64,000 nt of DNA from Candidatus Hydrothermarchaeota archaeon (GCA_046760505.1 JBHIEG010000004.1:23111-87110); one strand, 5' to 3'. Positions 1-10,484 are shown, numbered from the stretch's first letter. Numbers and translations are program-made. Notes: a model not told the origin generated them from the letters alone.

Positions 1-106
1 TTCGTTTCCTTGACAGCTTGGACGACTCTTTCTATCATCTTCTTTCCTTTTATCTCTAGAAGGGGCTTTTCCACGTAGCCTAGTCTAGATCCCTTTCCTC
101 CAGCCA

Positions 107-817
107 TTATAATGCATTTATACATAGGATCACTACCAGTGAGAGGACCCTCGAAATCTCATGAGAGGCGCCGAGCGTGTCTCCTGTCGTACCTCCGAAA
201 GAAGAGGCAGAGAGTTTTGCGAAGGAGTAACCGAATATTACTGTTAGAATGACCAGTATTGGCGCAGGCTTATAAATCAAATAGGTAAAAAATAGGGCAA
301 TAAAGACACCGGATAAAAATTGTTTTGAGTCAATTCCCTCCACAAAGTGTTTACCGAGACCATTCCATAAGGGGTTGCCAAAGTACATGCAAGAAATCAT
401 ACCAAGTTTTGCATAGGTTTCAGATAATATCAGTCCCACATATCCCAATTCGAGAAGGGAAAAGAAGGTTATTAGAATAGTAAAAATTGCGATACCAAAG
501 CCGCCAACTCCAATATTGCTATCTTTCATGATTTCAACTCTTTTTTCCCTGTCTTTTATCATCCAAGCATCTCCCACGTCTATTAAACCGTCTAGGTGCA
601 AAAAACCTGTGAGGAAATATAGTGAGAACAGCCCCGCTGTTAATCCTAATTTCATATCCAATATTCCAATGAAATTAGCAATCCAGTAGGAGAAGCACCC
701 CAAGGAAAAACCCACAAAAGGTAAAAGATATAAAAATTTTATTATCTCTGAGATCTCACATTTCTTGAAGGGCATTACGGTAAAAAATGAGAACAGACCC
801 CTTATTCCATTCAACAT
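107..817 (-). CDS. cobS: adenosylcobinamide-GDP ribazoletransferase (cobalamin synthase)
   Basis: Multi-TM protein with TGFLHLDGLIDVGDA, IMKDSNIGVGG and FGGTTGDTLGA motifs typical of CobS. Confidence 0.93.
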   Translation of the reverse strand: MLNGIRGLFSFFTVMPFKKCEISEIIKFLYLLPFVGFSLGCFSYWIANFIGILDMKLGLTAGLFSLYFLTGFLHLDGLIDVGDAWMIKDREKRVEIMKDSNIGVGGFGIAIFTILITFFSLLELGYVGLILSETYAKLGMISCMYFGNPLWNGLGKHFVEGIDSKQFLSGVFIALFFTYLIYKPAPILVILTVIFGYSFAKLSASSFGGTTGDTLGASHEISRVLSLVVILCINAL

Positions 818-840
818 AGCGAGGAATATGTGAAATGCAC

Positions 841-1368
841 CTAATAAATATTATTTTCCCGATCTACTTTTTGGTCTATTTTATGCGCCTTAACTCGAAC
901 CTCGTCAAAACCATCCTCTATGCTGAATTCATAAATTACAGGGACCATCCATTTATGATCCACTTCATCGATCAAATTTTTTATTATGAGGAAATTTCTT
1001 AATTTTTCTACCCTCACGAATGAGGGTTTTCCGAGGGAAAAATCAATTACATCTTCTCCTCGCTCAACCATGTCTCTCAGATGGTAGATAAGTCTATCGA
1101 AGAACTTTTTGGTTCTTACTTCGGTAAGACTACTTTCTTTTCTCAACGAGTGATGCTCCTTGATCAGGTCGAATATTTTTTGATACGTTTCTTCTTCAGA
1201 GAAACTCTTGATTTCAAGAATTCTTTCTCTAACGAATAGAACAGTGTCTTCATAATCACCTATTTTTTCTCTATCTTCAAATACTTTGTTTCTAGCAAGT
1301 ATCATCAATTGATATATCTTTTCTGCATCATTTTTGGATATCGCTTGGATTATTTCCTTTTTGTACAA
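841..1368 (-). CDS. hypothetical protein
   Basis: 175-aa charged ORF co-oriented between cobZ and cobS; no motif recognised. Confidence 0.7.
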   Translation of the reverse strand: MYKKEIIQAISKNDAEKIYQLMILARNKVFEDREKIGDYEDTVLFVRERILEIKSFSEEETYQKIFDLIKEHHSLRKESSLTEVRTKKFFDRLIYHLRDMVERGEDVIDFSLGKPSFVRVEKLRNFLIIKNLIDEVDHKWMVPVIYEFSIEDGFDEVRVKAHKIDQKVDRENNIY

Positions 1369-1435
1369 AAAACATACCCATTATTACAGAAGATTTTTTA
1401 TAGATTTAAATTATTCTGGACCCTGCTTCTAGCAT

Positions 1436-2365
1436 TCATTTTGAATAAAGGAGCCTTGATAATGCACCAGCTACAAATCCCGCGAGAACGTCATCCATAA
1501 ATATCCCCTGTTCACGGATTATTCCTGGTTTTTTTTCATCATATCGCTTAAAATTAAATATACCTTTTGTTCCTGCAATTTCATTTGCAATTGCCATCCC
1601 TAAAATCTCGTCTGCATATAAAAAAGATGGATCTTCTTTGTTGCTTAACCCTTTTATTTTTCCATGCGCTAATTCTTCTTCAAGTTTTATTCCGGCTAAG
1701 ATCAATGAAGAGATGTTGATATCCTCTGATAGCCCTATTAATTCTTTTTTCAACTCTTTCTTAATTATTTCGCTTTCCTCTCCTATATACAATGCCATTC
1801 CTGCTTCTACAAGATCCCGCAGGAAAATTTTCTTTTCTTCGAGTTTTTCCAAAATCGTTTTCGGAAATTTGATGTTTTTTTGCTTTATCAAGGCATCCTT
1901 TAAAAGTTCCTTTGTTTTTTTAAATATTTCATCATAATCAATTTTTCTAGGATTTATTTCTTTTATAGCCAAAACTGCGTTATATGAACAGTATTCTCGT
2001 GCAGCATCCAGTTCTAAAAAAGCATATGCTTTTGCTTCTCCTATCAGAGCGTAGAGGTCTTGTATTGCATTCTCTGCTATCTCTCTAAGAATTAATAGAG
2101 TGTTAATCTTCCCATTGAAAAACTCTAACAAGAGAAATGATTTTTGATCTTCCTTGAAGATACACCTTTCAATGTTTTCCACACCAAAGAAGAATCCTCT
2201 TGGATACTGTATTTTTAAATCCTCCAGATTTAAACCATCCTCGAAAACTACAATTCTATCCGTCTTGAGAGTTTCTTTAAGGGAGTATACAGTAAATTCT
2301 TCTTTGAGGGATATAATGATATACTTATCCATGGGATATACTTCGATATCCTCCATCCCAAACAC
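1436..2365 (-). CDS. cobZ: alpha-ribazole phosphatase CobZ with N-terminal CbiZ-like domain
   Basis: C-terminal DPSFLYADEILGMAIANEIAGTKGIFNFKRYDEKKPGII..MDDVLAG is archaeal CobZ; N-half has GKINTLLIL..IGEAK, reminiscent of CbiZ; lies next to cobS. Confidence 0.82.
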   Translation of the reverse strand: MFGMEDIEVYPMDKYIIISLKEEFTVYSLKETLKTDRIVVFEDGLNLEDLKIQYPRGFFFGVENIERCIFKEDQKSFLLLEFFNGKINTLLILREIAENAIQDLYALIGEAKAYAFLELDAAREYCSYNAVLAIKEINPRKIDYDEIFKKTKELLKDALIKQKNIKFPKTILEKLEEKKIFLRDLVEAGMALYIGEESEIIKKELKKELIGLSEDINISSLILAGIKLEEELAHGKIKGLSNKEDPSFLYADEILGMAIANEIAGTKGIFNFKRYDEKKPGIIREQGIFMDDVLAGFVAGALSRLLYSK

Positions 2366-2409
2366 CTTAAAAACCTCTAGTTAAAATGTACTTAAGGATT
2401 GTGAGCACA

Positions 2410-3537
2410 ATGAAAGTACTCCTCCTAGATCCTCAACTAGCGGGAATATCAGGAGACATGTGCTTGGCATCATTGTTAGATATAGGCTTGGTTGAAATCA
2501 TAGATGAACTGGAGAATTTGTTTCCCGTAAAGATTAATGCTACGGTGAGTGAAGACAGAGGTATCCGTGGGGTAAGACTTGAAATTTTGAGAGAAGAAAA
2601 AGAAATGTCTTTCGAGGAGATAAAGGAAAATATAAGAGGCAGTAAACAAATCGTTGAAACGTCCTACAAGATCATAGATGTACTCTCAAAGGCAGAGGAA
2701 GGAATTCATGGTGAAAGACATTTTCATGATGCATGGGATCTTCTGGTAGATGTAGTGGGTTTTTCCATGTGCATAGAGAAAATTTCTCCAGAAATAATAC
2801 TTTCTTTGCCTCCAGCACTTGGAACAGGCATCGTAGAATCTCCTCATGGAACATTGCCTGTTCCAAGTCCAGCAACTCTTGAGATCTTGCGGATTTTAAA
2901 CTTCTCAACAAGGAGAACAAGTATTAAAGAGGAATTGACCACGCCGACAGGCGCCTCACTGCTCAGCGTTTCTAGCCAAGTTCTATCTTTTCCGGAGATT
3001 TATGTGAATGAAATCGGTTATGGCCTAGGTTGGAAGAAATTGGAAGTGCCCAATGTTTTCAGAAGTATAGTTGGCGAATCAATAGATATTTTTCTCACAG
3101 ACCAAGTATTCGTACTCGAGACAAATATCGATGATGTTAGTCCCGAGATTTTGAGTTACACCATGGAAAAATTGCTTGAAAAAGGTGCTAAGGACGTCTG
3201 CTACGTCCCAATATATGCGAAGAAGAACAGACCCGCCTATCAGTTGCAGGTCATATGCAGTGCTGAAGATTTATCAGACCACATAAAAATAATTTCTAAG
3301 GAAACAGGGTCTTTGGGCATAAGAATATTACCTATACAGCATAGATGGATATCAGAAAGGAAAATAGATACTCTCTCGGTAAAGATAAAAGAGAAGGAGT
3401 TTGATGTAAGGATAAAAAGATCTCAGTATGCAGCATCCATAGAATATGAGGATGCAAAAAAGATATCGGAGGAGACTGGAATTCCTCTAAGAGAGGTTTT
3501 TTCCATCATAGAAAGGCAAATCAGGAAAAAAAATTAA
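2410..3537 (+). CDS. larC: nickel pincer cofactor biosynthesis protein LarC
   Basis: [35 protein letters not shown] and KKNRP motifs; start placed at ATG 2410 (MKVLLLD). Confidence 0.9.
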   Translation: MKVLLLDPQLAGISGDMCLASLLDIGLVEIIDELENLFPVKINATVSEDRGIRGVRLEILREEKEMSFEEIKENIRGSKQIVETSYKIIDVLSKAEEGIHGERHFHDAWDLLVDVVGFSMCIEKISPEIILSLPPALGTGIVESPHGTLPVPSPATLEILRILNFSTRRTSIKEELTTPTGASLLSVSSQVLSFPEIYVNEIGYGLGWKKLEVPNVFRSIVGESIDIFLTDQVFVLETNIDDVSPEILSYTMEKLLEKGAKDVCYVPIYAKKNRPAYQLQVICSAEDLSDHIKIISKETGSLGIRILPIQHRWISERKIDTLSVKIKEKEFDVRIKRSQYAASIEYEDAKKISEETGIPLREVFSIIERQIRKKN

Positions 3538-4286
3538 CTTTCTCCTTTCTTCAAGGCTTCGCCAATCATTGGAACAAATCTAACGTTTGTTATGTATTTA
3601 AGCTTCAATTCCCCTCTTTCTTTCTTTATCAGGGTTAGTGTTTGATAATATCTGGTGCTTCCCAAGGGTAAGACCATCACTCCACCCTCTTTCAGTTGAT
3701 CTATCAGATACGGGGGAATATGGTTTACCGCGCACGTTATTATAATTGCATCAAACGGAGCGTGCTCTTTCCACCCAAAGTATCCGTCTGCATGCTTCAC
3801 ATGTACGTTGTCGTATCCTAGTTCTTTTAAAGTCTTTTTTGCATTATTAGCTAGCTTTTCACGGATCTCTATTGTATAAACTTCATCAGCAAGTTCAGAT
3901 AGAATTGCTGCTTGGTATCCGGAGCCAGTACCTATTTCTAGAACCTTTTCAGTTCCATTTAGCTCCAAGGATTCGGTCATCAGAGCAACAACATACGGCT
4001 GGGAAATGGTCTGGCCTTCTCCTATCGGGAGTGGATGATCGTCATATGCCTCATCTATCATGCTTGGTTCCACAAACTTGTGCCTTGGAACCTTGTTCAT
4101 GACTTCCAGTACCCTCTCATCTGAAATACCTCTTGCTTTAATCTGTTTTTCAACCATTTCTTTTCTTGCTTTGGTTAGACTTGGATCTTCAAAAAATTTT
4201 TCTTCCCTAGTTTCTTTAATGCTCTCCAAACAACCTAGGAATAGAAAAGTAAAGAGCATGATTAAAGTTATTTTTTTTAGATCCAT
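3534..4286 (-). CDS. pcm: protein-L-isoaspartate O-methyltransferase with lipoprotein-like N-terminus
   Basis: [38 protein letters not shown] and VRFVPM motifs. Confidence 0.93.
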   Translation of the reverse strand: MDLKKITLIMLFTFLFLGCLESIKETREEKFFEDPSLTKARKEMVEKQIKARGISDERVLEVMNKVPRHKFVEPSMIDEAYDDHPLPIGEGQTISQPYVVALMTESLELNGTEKVLEIGTGSGYQAAILSELADEVYTIEIREKLANNAKKTLKELGYDNVHVKHADGYFGWKEHAPFDAIIITCAVNHIPPYLIDQLKEGGVMVLPLGSTRYYQTLTLIKKERGELKLKYITNVRFVPMIGEALKKGES

Positions 4287-4567
4287 ATGGATTGATTGTT
4301 AGTTTTATTAAAAAAATTTGTTGGACGACAGTTTGACTATTAAACGATAAAATCTTTTTAAGCGGAAGTTAGGAAGAAGATAGGGGTGTTTAAAAGCGCG
4401 GATAAGCTCGAATTTTTAGGAGGTAATTTATGACCCATTTCCCCCCATATATAATACTTTTTAACTATTTTAATCGATACCACTCTAGCGTTCCTTATGG
4501 TATTAAAAATATAGCATTAAAAAGTATGAAATATAAGTCGATTATAATAAGATGTTAGGTATGAATC

Positions 4568-5893
4568 ATGCTCCTGCGATGGATGTGCTTAATTTGCTCA
4601 TTACTTGCTGTGGGCTACATTGCTTCAGGTGCAAATCTCTCAGTCTATGTTGTCTACAAAGAACCTGTGGTGAATACCAGCGGATATGACTGTAAGGAAT
4701 GCCACATGGAGAGAGAGGTACTCTCTAGATACGGTAGGCTAGATCTATACATAAATAGGACCGCATACGAAAAGACAAGCCACAACAAAAACTGTACCGT
4801 CTGCCATCCTTATTCTGTAAAAATATTCTATAACGATACCCTTTTTATTTTTAATCTTACATATTGTCCACCAAGTAGATTTAGAGGAGGATTTGGAAGG
4901 GAAAATGTAACTAGAACAACCCGGTCAGAGACGTGCGTAAGCGAAGAGTGCCATGAGTACAGAGAACTTTTCTTCGGTAGCAAGCACCACCTTGCACCGG
5001 ATATCGTGAAGATGCCTCAATATAGAAATGCATCTCATCCCGAATACAGACCCCAATACTGCGAGACATGTCATGCAACCTGCTCCTCATGCCATTGGGC
5101 AGGTAAAATTCAAAATATCTCGGGGAAATTCACCCTAAATATATCAGTAAATATCAAAGATCACGCCTTTACGAAGAACATTACAAGCGAGAGATGTGCA
5201 ATATGCCATACAGGCGAATATGTATTCATAAATAAATCCACGGTAGAAATAAAAGGTCACCCCCAATATCAGGAGAAAATGGCAAGCGTGCACAAAAAAA
5301 TGGAATGCAAGGAGTGCCATACCACAATCCATACACTGGGAATCTCGGAAAAAGAAAAACCCGCGACATGCGATAAATGTCATAAGATTCAGGCTGAAAT
5401 GTATAAATTTGGGCCACATAGAATTGTAGAATGTACTATATGCCATTCTTCTTGGCTTCCTGTTTCTATCGAGCGTGGGACGTACAAAATATTCCTAAAG
5501 GCTTACAGATTCGGAGACTACGCGAGCTGGAAGACCCATGAGGTAAGAAGAAAGGCTCGCAACTGCACCCTATGTCATGGAAACAGCACGATAATTAAAG
5601 AATATAAAGAAAGGAGAGACATAATACTTGAAAAAATGAATTCAACAATTAATATGGGAGAAAGGGCCGGAGCAAATATGCTGGAGGCAAAATTGAAACA
5701 TATAGAAGCAAGGGCGGCTTGGTTTCATATCGCGCCAAATAGGGAAGAACTTTCAGAAGAAACTATTCGTTTAGCAGAGAAAGCCATAGGCCAGGCAAAT
5801 ATAACAAATTTAATAGCTTTGTTAGCGGTAGTTACGGCTTCTGTCGTAACCGTTCTCGTAGTTTTGATCATCTGGCCCTACGAGGAAAAATAA
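4568..5893 (+). CDS. membrane-anchored multiheme c-type cytochrome
   Basis: 9 CxxCH motifs plus one CxxxxCH (CVSEECH); N-terminal signal peptide; C-terminal TM helix; many N-x-S/T sequons. Confidence 0.88.
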   Translation: MLLRWMCLICSLLAVGYIASGANLSVYVVYKEPVVNTSGYDCKECHMEREVLSRYGRLDLYINRTAYEKTSHNKNCTVCHPYSVKIFYNDTLFIFNLTYCPPSRFRGGFGRENVTRTTRSETCVSEECHEYRELFFGSKHHLAPDIVKMPQYRNASHPEYRPQYCETCHATCSSCHWAGKIQNISGKFTLNISVNIKDHAFTKNITSERCAICHTGEYVFINKSTVEIKGHPQYQEKMASVHKKMECKECHTTIHTLGISEKEKPATCDKCHKIQAEMYKFGPHRIVECTICHSSWLPVSIERGTYKIFLKAYRFGDYASWKTHEVRRKARNCTLCHGNSTIIKEYKERRDIILEKMNSTINMGERAGANMLEAKLKHIEARAAWFHIAPNREELSEETIRLAEKAIGQANITNLIALLAVVTASVVTVLVVLIIWPYEEK

Positions 5894-5925
5894 CTATGTT
5901 TATCTTTTTCTCAGTTGATTATGTA

Positions 5926-7116
5926 CTAGTTGATTTTGCATTCATCGAGATAAAGACAGCACATGAAGGGATCTTTTCCATAGAATCCGCCTTCTTTTAA
6001 AGCCCTGTATCGACATCCACCCTTACAATTTTTCAAAACTTTACAATCCTCGCAATCGAGCTCACTAAGTTTTGGCAGATATTCCCGAGTAATTATCTTC
6101 CAAAAATCTTCTAACTTGCCTTCTCTGATGTTACCGACGCCTTCATCGAAAAAACCACATTTGGTGACGTTCCCGCTCACATCAATTGAGCAGAGATTGG
6201 CTCCGCATGAATAATCTTCCTCACCCGCGTGAATTCCTACGGAGTACCCATATTCTTTGAAAATTCTTGCAGCATGAAGGAAATCGATGGTTAATTCTTT
6301 GTTTTTTATTAAATTTCCGCATTCCGCTGGAATATCAAGAATCCATTCGTCTACCATTAGTTCTCTCATCAACTTATTCATTTCATCGAACTCCAGCATA
6401 TTCGCGGAGTGAATCATTGTGGCTACTGTAACGTTAAGGTATTTTTTGGCATTTTTTATCCCATTTATCGTCTTGAGAAAAGTTCCTCTTCCTCTTAAAG
6501 TTTCATGACCTTCCTCCATTCCATCTAGACTTATTTGTACGCCGTTAACATACTTGAAAAGCCTTTCAGCGATTTCTTCTTCTATTAGAGTTCCATTTGT
6601 TAGTAATTCAATTCTTATGGGGAATTTTCTAGCGTATTTCAAAATGTCCCAAAAATTTTCGTGTAAGAGTGGCTCTCCACCTGTAATCAGCAGTTTAAAA
6701 CCATATTCGCCGAATTCATTCAATATTTTCTTAATTAATCCCAGTTCCAGATCTCTATTGCTTTTTTCACCGAGATAGCAGTGTCTGCATTTTAAGTTAC
6801 ACTTCTCCGTGATGTGCAGCAGTAGATATTTTAAAGGTGGTCTCGAGTTTTGTTTAACCGTAAATTTTTCGTTTGCTGTTTGATCCTTCTGAAAAACTAG
6901 GCATCTTTCTTTCTTCAGATAGTTTATCAATTCTAAACTTTCATTTTTATTACATCCAGTTTTCAGGAGTATGTCTTCAAAGCTATTTTTTCCGGTACAA
7001 TAACTTAAAAATTCGAATGATTCATCGTCTAGCTCATATAATTCATCTTCCACAAAATTGTAAAGTACCCTCTTATCTGTCAATTTTAACGCACAGTTCT
7101 TTAACTTCGGATACAT
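5926..7116 (-). CDS. radical SAM/SPASM domain protein with N-terminal PqqD/RRE-like extension
   Basis: CNLKCRHC, ITGGEPLLH, QISLDG; Cys-rich SPASM tail CEDCKVLKNCKGGC. Confidence 0.88.
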   Translation of the reverse strand: MYPKLKNCALKLTDKRVLYNFVEDELYELDDESFEFLSYCTGKNSFEDILLKTGCNKNESLELINYLKKERCLVFQKDQTANEKFTVKQNSRPPLKYLLLHITEKCNLKCRHCYLGEKSNRDLELGLIKKILNEFGEYGFKLLITGGEPLLHENFWDILKYARKFPIRIELLTNGTLIEEEIAERLFKYVNGVQISLDGMEEGHETLRGRGTFLKTINGIKNAKKYLNVTVATMIHSANMLEFDEMNKLMRELMVDEWILDIPAECGNLIKNKELTIDFLHAARIFKEYGYSVGIHAGEEDYSCGANLCSIDVSGNVTKCGFFDEGVGNIREGKLEDFWKIITREYLPKLSELDCEDCKVLKNCKGGCRYRALKEGGFYGKDPFMCCLYLDECKIN

Positions 7117-7346
7117 AAAAACTCTTCCCAGATATTCTTTATAACGTCTTACAATCGATAGATATGATCAAACACTAAAAGGAGTTTAATAAATACTTTT
7201 CGTTGATGAGTTTTGACATCAGGTATAAATATAACAGGTATAAATATAACTGTTCATCTGTTAGACCAAACAATGAATTTAGGAAATGAATTTTTGTCTT
7301 AAAGGAAGTGGATGCAACGATAAATTTAAAAAAATCATATGATAAC

Positions 7347-7760
7347 ATGAACATAGAAGGTACCAAAGTCTTTCCATCAGCAAGAGTGATAATGCCCAGC
7401 TTATTCTCAAAGTTTTTTCCGGATATTTGTCATGGTTGTTTTAAAAGATCTCCACTGGAGAACTGGGGCGAATATAGATACTGTGAGGACTGCGGAAATA
7501 TGAGAAGAAAAAAATTCGCCTCAGCCAATCCAGATTTCGAAGTAAGACCCGTTAATTTTGCCATACCTGTCAAAGGAATAGCCTACAATATGGACGAAGG
7601 GATATTCGAGATTGTCAATTTCTTAACCGAAGACTTCGAAAATCTCATAAAAGGACTCATTCATGAGTGCGTCCATCATGTAATACATCTAAGGGTTGGG
7701 GTGAGGGAATGTTATCAGTTTGATAACCTGCCTAAAAAGTGGTTTGAAAATGAGGACTGA
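7347..7760 (+). CDS. hypothetical protein with zinc ribbon and HExxH motif
   Basis: CHGC..CEDC pair and LIHECVHHVIH; start uncertain (7308, 7347 or 7392). Confidence 0.6.
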   Translation: MNIEGTKVFPSARVIMPSLFSKFFPDICHGCFKRSPLENWGEYRYCEDCGNMRRKKFASANPDFEVRPVNFAIPVKGIAYNMDEGIFEIVNFLTEDFENLIKGLIHECVHHVIHLRVGVRECYQFDNLPKKWFENED

Positions 7761-7781
7761 TTTTATTGATTCAATGAAATC

Positions 7782-7919
7782 TCACAACTCTTCCCAAGTT
7801 ACTTTACCTTCTCCTATTAATTTTTTAATCACCTTGAATGCATAACACTCTGATGATTCTCCTTCTTTGTAGAAATCGCATTTCCTGCATACATATGTTC
7901 TCAGGCGCTTTTCGACCAT
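7782..7919 (-). CDS. small Cys-containing protein (45 aa), not in ORF track
   Basis: Hand translation MVEKRLRTYVCRKCDFYKEGESSECYAFKVIKKLIGEGKVTWEEL; GAGAGG 5 nt upstream of the ATG. Confidence 0.7.
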   Translation of the reverse strand: MVEKRLRTYVCRKCDFYKEGESSECYAFKVIKKLIGEGKVTWEEL

Positions 7920-8263
7920 TTTATCCTCTCTTAATCTTAGATATTAGAAAAAATTAATAAAAATTGAGCAAATTTGAATTACATGCAGGTCATCTTGCAG
8001 TCACAAGCACCGTATCTCATCTCTTTCTTTATTTTTCTGATCTTCATTCCAACACCTTGGAAATCTCATTAGAGAAGTCATTTTATTTAAATCTTTTGTT
8101 ATTTAAATTTAATTCAGTAATACTAATTAATAAAAAAGTATTAATTCAAATAGAAGGCTTGGAGATCAGAATAAACAATAAGGACACCAGACCTTTTCGG
8201 AAGGCTCTTCTTTTAAGAAATGGGAATAACTTGCCTATACTTATCCGATTTTTAATATGATAC

Positions 8264-9007
8264 TCAGAATTGTTTTTTGAGCTCAATGCCAGAATCAGTT
8301 ATTTCAAAGGGAATTAGTTGAGTTGGATGTTTTGTATTGTGCATTTTGAGTATTTGGAGCTTTCTTTCCCATTTATCTTCAGTTCTGGCATAGTGTAGAA
8401 CTATAACCCCTTGAGTAACGTATTCTTCTACGCCAAAGGTGCTTATCTGATCTTTTCCTCCTATTCCCGATACCAGCAGACTTGTAGCACCAGTATTGCC
8501 TAATGATTTTACCAAGGAGAGTATTTCTCCCCTCGCGGCCATGAGGCTTTCATGCTGTAAGAGAAGCGATGAAATCGGATCGATCACTATTCTTTGAGCA
8601 CCCATTTCATCCACTGTTTTTTCGAGAATGTTTCCTATGGAACTGGCGGAAAATTGTTTGGTTCCCAAAAATTCTGGAGGAGAAATAATGTATTCATCTT
8701 TAACGGATGTTCCGATTCTTACTGGAGATGCGTCAATGAATTTCAGCAGTCCTTTCTTTTCAAAACTCTCAAGATCCCAGCCAAATCTGCGCATAGCCCA
8801 TCTAATATGAATGGGACTTAATTCAAGGGAGAGATATATTCCCGGCTCTTCGTATATCGCGGCTCCCTTGTACAAGTATTGGATCCCGAATATGGTTTTA
8901 CCAGCGCCAGCGCCGCCGGACAATAGCACTGTAAGACCCCTCGGTATTCCCCCCTCGATTAATTCGTCGAGATTTGGAACTCCTGTCTTGACCCTAAATA
9001 TACTCAT
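8264..9007 (-). CDS. KaiC/RAD55-family RecA-like ATPase (single domain)
   Basis: TGVPNLDELIEGGIP, Walker A GGAGAGKT, RIVIDPIS, RKLQILKM; GGTGAT RBS. Confidence 0.88.
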   Translation of the reverse strand: MSIFRVKTGVPNLDELIEGGIPRGLTVLLSGGAGAGKTIFGIQYLYKGAAIYEEPGIYLSLELSPIHIRWAMRRFGWDLESFEKKGLLKFIDASPVRIGTSVKDEYIISPPEFLGTKQFSASSIGNILEKTVDEMGAQRIVIDPISSLLLQHESLMAARGEILSLVKSLGNTGATSLLVSGIGGKDQISTFGVEEYVTQGVIVLHYARTEDKWERKLQILKMHNTKHPTQLIPFEITDSGIELKKQF

Positions 9008-9015
9008 ATCATCAC

Positions 9016-10260
9016 CTACAACATATTGCTTTTCTCATCGATTTCCTTACTTATTGCTTTTAATTTATTTTGAATTTTTGATCTTTTATATTCGTAATCT
9101 TTAACTCCCTTTAATCTATTCAAAGCCTCTAATTTTTCTAATTCTACTTTTAATTTTTCTTCCTCGTGTTTTAATCTGGCTATCTGGTCTTTTAACTTGA
9201 TTTCTTCTTCTTCCAAATTGATCAAAGCCGTCTTGTATTCTGTGTATAATTCTTCATAAGCTTTTTGCGTAATTTTTCCTTTCTTTAAATCAGAGTCCAA
9301 AACTTTGAGTAAATGAGTAATTCTCCTTTTTTCTCTAGATATTTTTCTTCCTTCCCTTTTTTTACCAAATACTTCCTTAAAACTTTTTATGTGCTTAAAC
9401 TTACCTTTCAGATCTTTCAGATTATTCATTAGGATTGAGCCGACTCTAAGGTAATTAGCCTTAAAAATTTTTTCTCTTCCAAAGAACAAAAGCAGAATTC
9501 CAAGGAATAATAATGAGCCATATAAGACAATCGCTGGGTCGAAAAAAACAGGGATTTCTGGATAGAATGCTAGAAGATGAACCTTTTTATACATAAAGTC
9601 GATTTTTCCTGAAATTGGGGAAAATACAACTGGATGGGAAGCGACTATCTTGCAGACAGTGACCGGATTTCCTTGGTAGGATAAACCTTCTTTATGAACT
9701 TTAACGTAATTTCTTATTTTTTCGGAGGGAATGACCTCTAGATCTTCACTTTTATAGCCTATGAACAGTATGCTCAAAGATTTCTCAGGTGTTATCAGAA
9801 CCTTTTTGTTGTTAATTTTTTCCTCTTCACCTGGTACTAAATAATCACAACTAAACTTTATCTTTGGATTCTCTTGTATTTGAACTGTGATAGAATCTTC
9901 CCACAGTACCAGATTTGGAATGTCTTTTGGTCTGATGGAAATTGTTATGATGGATTCGCCAAGGGAAGAGTTTTTTCTTGTAACAATGCTCAGATGGAGG
10001 GGTTTATCCGTAACTTCCATTTCTTTTTCTAAGTTGGCAGGCAGATAAAACTTGGTTTCGTCAAAATTTATGGTTAAAACCGGTTTTAATTCTTTAAACG
10101 AATAATTGACCATTAAAACTCCTATGTCGTTGAATTTCCCGGGATAAGTTTGTAGTACATCCGTCGTTGGGGTAATCCTTACGTTAAGGATATCTTCCAA
10201 CCCATTTACAACTGTAAAACAAAATAATAATGTTATCAGCAAGGCGAATTTAGTTTTCAT
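9016..10260 (-). CDS. single-pass membrane protein with extracellular beta-rich domain and cytoplasmic coiled coil
   Basis: Signal peptide MKTKFALLITLLFCFTVVNG (start set at ATG 10260); internal TM AIVLYGSLLFLGILLLFFG; K/E-rich C-terminus. Confidence 0.7.
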   Translation of the reverse strand: MKTKFALLITLLFCFTVVNGLEDILNVRITPTTDVLQTYPGKFNDIGVLMVNYSFKELKPVLTINFDETKFYLPANLEKEMEVTDKPLHLSIVTRKNSSLGESIITISIRPKDIPNLVLWEDSITVQIQENPKIKFSCDYLVPGEEEKINNKKVLITPEKSLSILFIGYKSEDLEVIPSEKIRNYVKVHKEGLSYQGNPVTVCKIVASHPVVFSPISGKIDFMYKKVHLLAFYPEIPVFFDPAIVLYGSLLFLGILLLFFGREKIFKANYLRVGSILMNNLKDLKGKFKHIKSFKEVFGKKREGRKISREKRRITHLLKVLDSDLKKGKITQKAYEELYTEYKTALINLEEEEIKLKDQIARLKHEEEKLKVELEKLEALNRLKGVKDYEYKRSKIQNKLKAISKEIDEKSNML

Positions 10261-10454
10261 GATTTTAGTTTTGGTATGCATCCAATAAAAAATGTATTGT
10301 ATCAGAAATCTCTCTGCATTGGGTGGATGTTTACATCTCATATTTACACCTTATACATAGCACATGTTTTTCAAGGGGGATAAGTTGCCCACTCTTGTTA
10401 CTGCGAACAGGTTCTATCGGCACCGAGTTGGTTGAAGTTCATCTTGATAAAAAT

Positions 10455-10484
10455 GGTAATACTTTTATACTAGAAAGTATTACC
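10455..10484. promoter_or_regulatory. NikR-like operator palindrome upstream of cbiM
   Basis: Perfect inverted repeat GGTAATACTTT-N8-AAAGTATTACC (GTAATA-N16-TATTAC core); extra TATTAC half-sites near 10494 and 10515. Confidence 0.7.

Noticed and set aside
7964-8260. 98-aa plus-strand ORF
   Set aside because: TTG start, AT-rich low-complexity composition and no motif; probably intergenic.
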